64,000 nucleotides of DNA from the NCBI GenBank assembly GCA_964016885.1, contig OZ024744.1, positions 10,168,001 to 10,232,000 on the forward strand, in the 5' to 3' direction. This DNA is from Eledone cirrhosa. Lineage: Eukaryota. Every line of letters starts with the position of its first letter. Within the stretch, counting starts at the first letter, position 1. Positions 57,701-64,000 of the stretch are shown one piece after another. Below the pieces are notes generated by a model. It saw nothing but the letters and a program-made list of their open reading frames with translations. It was not told the DNA's origin and did not search any database. A program made the position numbers and the translations under genes.

Positions 57701-58260
57701 TACCCCAATATGTCGTGTTGATTATACTCCAATTTTTGTTGCTGTTGTACTCCAATATGTTGTGTTGTTGTACTCCAATCTGTTGTGTCGTTATTCTCCA
57801 ATATGTTGTGCTGTTGTACTCCAATGTGTTATGTTGTTATACTCCAATATGTTGTGCTGTAATATTCCAATATCTTGTGTTGTTATACTCCAATATGTTG
57901 TGTTGTTATACTCCAATATGTTGTGTTGTTTTACTCCAATATGTTGTGTTGTTGTACTCCAATATGTTGTGTTGTTGTACTCCAATATGTTGTGTTGTTG
58001 TAATCCAATATCTTGTGTTGTTATACTCCAATATGTTGTGTTGTTGTACTCCAATATGTTGTGTTGTTGTTCTCCAATATGTCGTGTTGTTATACTCCAA
58101 TATGTTGTGTTATGATACTCCAATATGTTGTGCTGTTGTACTCCAATATTTTGTGTTGTTATACTCCAATATGTAGTGTTGTTATACTCCAATATGTTGT
58201 GTTGTTGTACTCCAATCTGTTGTGTTGTTATACTCCAATATGTTGTGTTGTTATACTCCA
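42047..58260 (+). repeat. The same ~7.4-kb / ~8.9-kb tandem pair within unit B
   Basis: Offset 7356 (ORFs 42170/49526) and ~8900 (47970/56873); homologous to 16080-32340. Confidence 0.83.
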
Positions 58261-61200
58261 ATATGTTGTGTTGTTTTACTCCAATATGTTGTGTTGTTGT
58301 ACTCCAATATGTTGTATTGTTGTTCTCCAATATGTCATGTTATACTCCAATAAGTTGTGTTCTTGTACTCCAATATGTTGTGTTGTTGTACTCCAATATG
58401 TTGTGTTGTTGTACTCCAATATATCATGTTGTCGTACTCCAATATATCATGTTATACTCCAATGTGTCGTTGTTATACTCCAATATGTCATGATGTTGTA
58501 CTCCAATATGTCGTGTTCTTGTACTCCAATATGTCGTGTTGTCGTACTCCAATATATTGTGTTGTTGTACTCCAATATGTTGTGTTGTTGTACTCCAATA
58601 TGTTGTGTTGTTATACTCCAATATGTTGTGTTGTTATACTCCCAAAAGTTGTGTTGTTTTACTCCAATATGTTGTGATTTGTACTCCAAAATGTTGTGTT
58701 GTTGTACTCCAATATGTTGTGTTGTTGTACTCCAATACGTTGTGTTGTTGTACTCCAATATTTTGTGCTGTTATACTCCAATATGTTGTGTTGTTATACT
58801 CCAAAAAGTTGTGTTGTTTTACTCCAATATGTTGTGTTGTTATACTCCAGTATGTTGTGTTGTTGTACTCCAATATGTTGTGTTGTTGTACTCCAATATG
58901 TCATGTTATACTCCAATATGTCATGTTGTTTTACTCCAATATGTTGTGTTGTTGCACTCCAATATGTCGTGTTGTTGTACTCCAATATGTTGTGTTTTGT
59001 ACTCCAATATGTTGTGTTATTGTACTCCAATATGTTGTGTTGTTATACTCCAATATGCTGTGCTGTTGTACTCCAATATGTTATGTTGTACTCCAATATG
59101 TTGTGTTGTTGTACTCCAATATATCATGTTGTCGTACTCCAATATGTCATGTTATACTCCAATATGTCGTTGTTATACTCCAATATGTCGTGTTGCTGTA
59201 CTCCAATATGCCGCGCTGTTGTACTCCAATATGTTTTGATGTTGTACTCCAATATGTTGTGTTGTACTCCAATATGTTGTGTTGTTGTACTCCAATATGT
59301 TGTGTTGTTATACTCCAATATGTTGTGCTGTTGTACTCCAATATGTCAGGTTGTTGTACTCCGATATTTCGTGTTGTTCTACTCCAATATTTCGTGTTGT
59401 TTTACTCCAATACGTCGTGGTGTTGTACTCCAATATGTTTTGATGTTGTACTCCAATATGTCGTGTTGTTGTACTCCAATATGTTGTGTTGTTGAACTCC
59501 AATATGCTGTGTTGTTATACTCCTAAATGTTGTGTTGTTGTACTCCAATATGTTGTGTTGTACTCCAATATGTTGTGTTGTTACACTCCACAATGTTGTG
59601 TTGTTGTACTCCAAAATGTGATGTTGTTGTACTCCAATATGTCGTGTTGTTGTACTCCAATATGTTGTGTTGTTATACTCCAATATTTCGTGTTGTTTTA
59701 CTCCAATATGCTGTGTTGTTATACTCCTAAATGTTGTGTTGTTGTACTCCAATATGTTGTGTTGTACTCCAATATGTTGTGTTGTTGTTCTCCAATATGT
59801 CGTGTTGTTATACTCCAATATGTTATGATGTTGTACTCCAATATATTGTGTTGTTGTACTCCAATATGTTGTGTTGTTATACTCCAATATGTTGTGTTAT
59901 TTTACTCCAATATGTTGTGTTGTTGTACTCCAATATGTTGTGTTGTTGTACTCCAATATGTTGTGTTGTTGTAATCCAATATCTTGTGTTGTTGTACTCC
60001 AATATGTTGTGTTGTTGTTCTCCAATATGTTGTGTTGTTATACTCCAATATGTTGTGTTCTGATACTCCAATATGTTGTGCTGTTGTACTCCAATATGTG
60101 TTGTTGTTGTACTCCAATATGTTGCGTTGTTGTACTCCAATATATCATGTTGTCGTACTCCAATATGTCATGTTATACTCCAATATGTTTTGATGCTGTA
60201 CTCCAATATGTTGTGTTGTTGTACTACAATATGTTGTGTTGTTGAACTCCAATATGTTGTTTTTTGTACTCCAATATGTCATGTTGTTGTACTCCAGTAT
60301 GTCTTGTTATACTCCAATATGTCGTGTTGCTGTACCTCAATATGTCATGATGTTGTACTCCAATATGTTTCGCTGTTGTACTCCAATATATTGTGTTGCT
60401 GTACTCCAATATGTTGTGTTGTTGTACTCCAATATGTTATGTTGTTGTAATCCAATATCTTGTGTTGTTATACTCCAATATGTTGTGTTGTTATACTCCA
60501 ATATGTAGTGTTGTTATACTCCAATATGTTGTGTTGTTGTACTCCAATCTGTTGTGTTATACTCCAATATGTTGTGTTGTTATACTCCAATATGTTGTGT
60601 TGTTATACTCCAATATGTTGTGTTGTTTTACTCCAATATGTTGTGTTGTTGTACTCCAATATGTTGTATTGTTGATCTCCAATAAGTTGTGTTCTTGTAC
60701 TCCAATATATTGTGTTGTTGTACTCCAATATGTTGTGTTTTTGCAATCCAATATTTAATGTTGTTGTACTCCAATATGTCTTGTTATATTCCAATATGTC
60801 GTGTTGTTGTACTCCAATATGTCATGTTGTTGTACTCCAATATTTCTTGTTGTTGTACCCCAATATGTCGTGTTGATTATACTCCAATTTTTGTTGCTGT
60901 TGTACTCCAATATGTTGTGTTGTTGTACTCCAATATGTTGTGTTGTTGTACTCCAATATGTTGTGTTGTTATTCTCCAATATGTTGTGCTGTTGTACTCC
61001 AATGTGTTATGTTGTTATACTCCAATATGTTGTGCTGTGATACTCCAATATGTTGTGTTGTTGTACTCCAATCTGTTGTGTTGTTATACTCCAATATGTT
61101 GTGTTGTTATATTCCAATATGTTATGTTGTTTTACTCCAATATGTTGTGTTGTTGTACTCCAATATGTTGTGTTGTTGTACTCCAATATGTTGTGTTGTT

Positions 61201-64000
61201 GTAATCCAATATCTTGTGTTGTTATACTCCAATATGTTGTGTTGTTGTACTCCAATATGTTGTGTTGTTGTTCTCCAATATGTCGTGTTGTTATACTCCA
61301 ATATGTTGTGTTATGATACTCCAATATGTTGTGCTGTTGTACTCCAATATGTTGTGTTGTTATACTCCAAGATGTAGTGTTGTTATACTCCAATATGTTG
61401 TGTTGTTATACTCCAATATGTAGTGTTGTTATACTCCAATATGTTGTGTTGTTGTACTCCAATCTGTTGTGTTGTTATACTCCAATATGTTGTGTTGTTA
61501 TACCCCAATATGTTGTGTTGTTTTACTCCAATATGTTGTGTTGCCATACTCCAATATGTTGTGTTGTTGTACTCCAATATGTTGTGCTGCTGTACTCCAA
61601 TATATTGTGTTATACTCCAATATGTTGTGTTGTTGTACTCCAATATGTTGTGTTGTTGTAATCCAAAATGTTGTGTTGTTATACTCCAATATGTTGTGTT
61701 ATACTCCAATGTGTTGTGTTCTTGTATTCCAATATGAAGTGTTGTAATACTCCAATATGTAGTGCTGTTGTTATACTCCAATATGTTGTGTTATAATCCA
61801 ATGTGTTGTGTTGTTGTACTCCAATCTGTTGTGTTGTTATACTCCAATCTGTTGTGTTGTTATACTGCAATATGTTGTGTTGTTATACTCCAATATGTTG
61901 TGTTGTTATACTCCAAGATGTTGTGCTGTGATACTCTAATATGTTGTGTTTTTGTACTCCAATATGTTGTGTTGTACTCCAATATGTTGTGTTGTTATAC
62001 TCCAATATGCTGTGCTGTTGTACTCCAATATGTTGTGTTGTACTCCAATATGTTGTGTTGTTGTACTCCAATATATCATGTTGTCGTACTCCAATATGTC
62101 ATGTTATACTCCAATATGTCGTTGTTATACTCCAATATGTCATGTTGCTGTACTCCAATATGTCGTGTTGTTGTACTCCAATATGTTTTGATGTTGTACT
62201 CCAATATGTTGTGTTGTTGTACTCCAATATGTTGTGTTGTTATACTCCAATATGTTGTGCTGTTGTACTCCAATATGTCAGGTTGTTGTACTCCGATATT
62301 TCGTGTTGTTCTACTCCAATATTTCATGTTGTTTTACTCCAATATGTCGTGGTGTTGTACTCCAATATGTTTTGATGTTGTACTCCAATATGTCGTGTTG
62401 TTGTACTCCAATATGTTGTGTTGTTGAACTCCAATATGCTGTGTTGTTATACTCCTATATGTTGTGTTGTTGTACTCCAATATGTTGTGTTGTACTCCAA
62501 TATGTTGTGTTGTTATACTCCACAATGTTGTGTTGTTATACTCCACAATGTTGTGTTGTTGTACTCCAATAGGTTATGTTGTTGTACTCCAATATGTGAT
62601 GTTGTTGTACTCCAATATGTTGTGTTGCTGTACTCCAATATGTTGTGTTGTTGTTCTCCAATATGTCGTGTTGTTATACTCCAATATGTTGTGTTATGAT
62701 ACTCCAATATGTTGTGCTGTTGTACTCCAATATGTTGTGTTGTTGTACTCCAATATGTTGTGTTGTTATACTCCAATATGTTGTGTTGTTATACTCCAAT
62801 ATGTAGTGTTGTTATACTCCAATATGTTGTGTTGTTGTACTCCAATCTGTTGTGTTGTTATACTCCAATATGTTGTGTTGTTATACCCCAATATGTTGTG
62901 TTGTTTTACTCCAATATGTTGTGTTGCCATACTCCAATATGTTGTGTTGTTGTACTCCAATATGTTGTGCTGCTGTACTCCAATATATTGTGTTATACTC
63001 CAATATGTTGTGTTGTTGTACTCCAATATGTTGTGTTGTTGTAATCCAAAATGTGTTGTTATACTCCAATATGTTGTGTTGTAATACTCCAATATGTTGT
63101 GCTCCAATATGTTGTGTTATACTCCAATGTGTTGTGTTCTTGTACTCCAATATGAAGTGTTGTAATACTCCAATATGTAGTGCTGTTGTTATACTCCAAT
63201 ATGTTGTGTTATAATCCAATGTGTTGTGTTGTTGTACTCCAATCTGTTGTGTTGTTATACTCCAATCTGTTGTGTTGTTATACTGCAATATGTTGTGTTG
63301 TTATACTCCAATATGTTGTGTTGTTATACTCCAAGATGTTGTGCTGTGATACTCTAATATGTTGTGTTTTTGTACTCCAATATGTTGTGTTGTTGTACTC
63401 CAATATGCTGTGTTGTTGTAATCCAATATCTTGTGCTGTTATACTCCAATATGTTGTGTTGTTGTACTCCAATATGTTGTGTTGTTATACTCCAATATGT
63501 TGTGTTGTGATACTCCAAAGTGTTGTGCTGTTGTACTCCAATATGTTGTGTTGTTTTACTCCAATAGGTTGCGTTGTTGTACTCCAATCTGTTGTGTTGT
63601 TATACTCCAATATGTTGTGTTGTTATACTCCAATATGGTGTGTTGTTTTACTCCAATATGTTGTGTTGTTGCAATCCAATATGTTTGTGTTGTTTTACTC
63701 CAATATGTTGTGTTGTTATACTCAAATATGTTGTGTTGTTGTACTCCAATATGGTGTGTTGTTGTACTCCAATATGTTGTGTTGTTGTACTCCAATATGT
63801 TGTGTTGTTATACTCCAATATGTTGTGTTGGTGTACTCCAATATGTTGTGCTGTTGAACTCCAAATCTCGTGTTGTTATACTCCAATGTGTTGTGTTGTT
63901 ATACTCCAATATGTTTTGTTGTTGTACTCCAATATGTTGTGTTGTTGTACTCCAATATGTTGTGTTGTTGTACTCCAATATGTCATGTTATACTCCAATA

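Larger units (their letters stand above)
34476..60371 (+). repeat. Higher-order tandem unit B (~25.9 kb), second copy, carrying ~4.74 kb absent from unit A
   Basis: B starts at the same GCTGTTGTACTCCAATATGTTGAG as position 13251. It ends at the GTTTC|GCTGTTGTACTCC context that also ends unit A (34471 vs 60368). It is near-identical to A apart from ~36098-40839 and small monomer indels. Confidence 0.9.
1..64000 (+). repeat. Tandem satellite DNA array, 23-bp monomer TACTCCAATATGTTGTGTTGTT(G/A), roughly 2,800 copies, extending beyond both window edges
   Basis: The core (T)ACTCCAAT recurs every 23 bp, with shorter and longer variants, from base 1 to base 64000. I saw no intervening unique sequence and no orientation switch. 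Copy number is estimated as 64000/~23. Confidence 0.99.

Noticed and set aside
10-63857. Hundreds of ORFs encoding Cys/Val-rich or Thr/Asn-rich proteins
   Set aside because: They overlap in all six frames and are translations of the 23-bp repeat. The period is not a multiple of 3, stops and frameshifts fall at random, and there is no unique domain.
1-64000. CRISPR array (23-bp repeat is at the lower limit of CRISPR repeat length)
   Set aside because: Monomers are directly adjacent with no unique spacers, no leader and no cas genes.
63860-64000. Window end resembles window start, suggesting a circular element or terminal repeat
   Set aside because: The same monomer series also occurs internally (~5030, 15310, 22330, 31240, 36540, 41280, 48260, 57160), so it is just another HOR copy.
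1-64000. CCAAT boxes and TATA-like TTATAC as promoters
   Set aside because: They are present in nearly every monomer with no associated gene, so they cannot be supported as functional promoters.
1-64000. Sequencing concatemer or rolling-circle artefact of a single short template
   Set aside because: Specific variants recur in the same order in copies tens of kb apart, which random error on one template cannot produce. Mis-assembly of the largest duplications remains possible.
1-64000. G-quadruplex or long hairpin structures on the TG-rich strand
   Set aside because: There are no G-runs in the consensus and no inverted blocks; the internal dyad has only a 3-bp stem.

Overview
The whole 64 kb window is one uninterrupted head-to-tail tandem satellite array and runs off both ends. 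The consensus monomer is 23 bp, TACTCCAATATGTTGTGTTGTT(G/A), about 35% GC, with a strongly T/G-rich + strand. All copies I could see lie in the same orientation. I found no unique sequence, credible gene, RNA gene, transposon or CRISPR spacer. The hundreds of ORFs are an artefact: the G-type monomer has no stop codon in any frame, and three monomers (69 bp) cycle through all frames as YSNMLCCCTPICCVVVLQYVVLL (+) or EYNNTTYWSTTTQHIGVQQHNIL (-). The information lies in the order of variant monomers, which shows a nested higher-order structure. The levels are a 23-bp monomer, a recurrent 207-bp 9-mer cassette, 0.4-kb and ~1-kb local duplications, 4.74-kb and ~7.4/8.9-kb tandem units, and a 21.2-kb/25.9-kb tandem mega-duplication (13251-34475 / 34476-60371). 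Recombination junctions and conversion-like tracts can be mapped, and one site shows a CG/TG/CA/TA variant series suggestive of methyl-CpG decay. The array is most consistent with eukaryotic (peri)centromeric or subtelomeric heterochromatin. I cannot assign the organism or satellite family from the sequence alone, and I found no protein-based system. Offsets were read from the sequence and from matching ORF-track entries; breakpoints are approximate to about one monomer.
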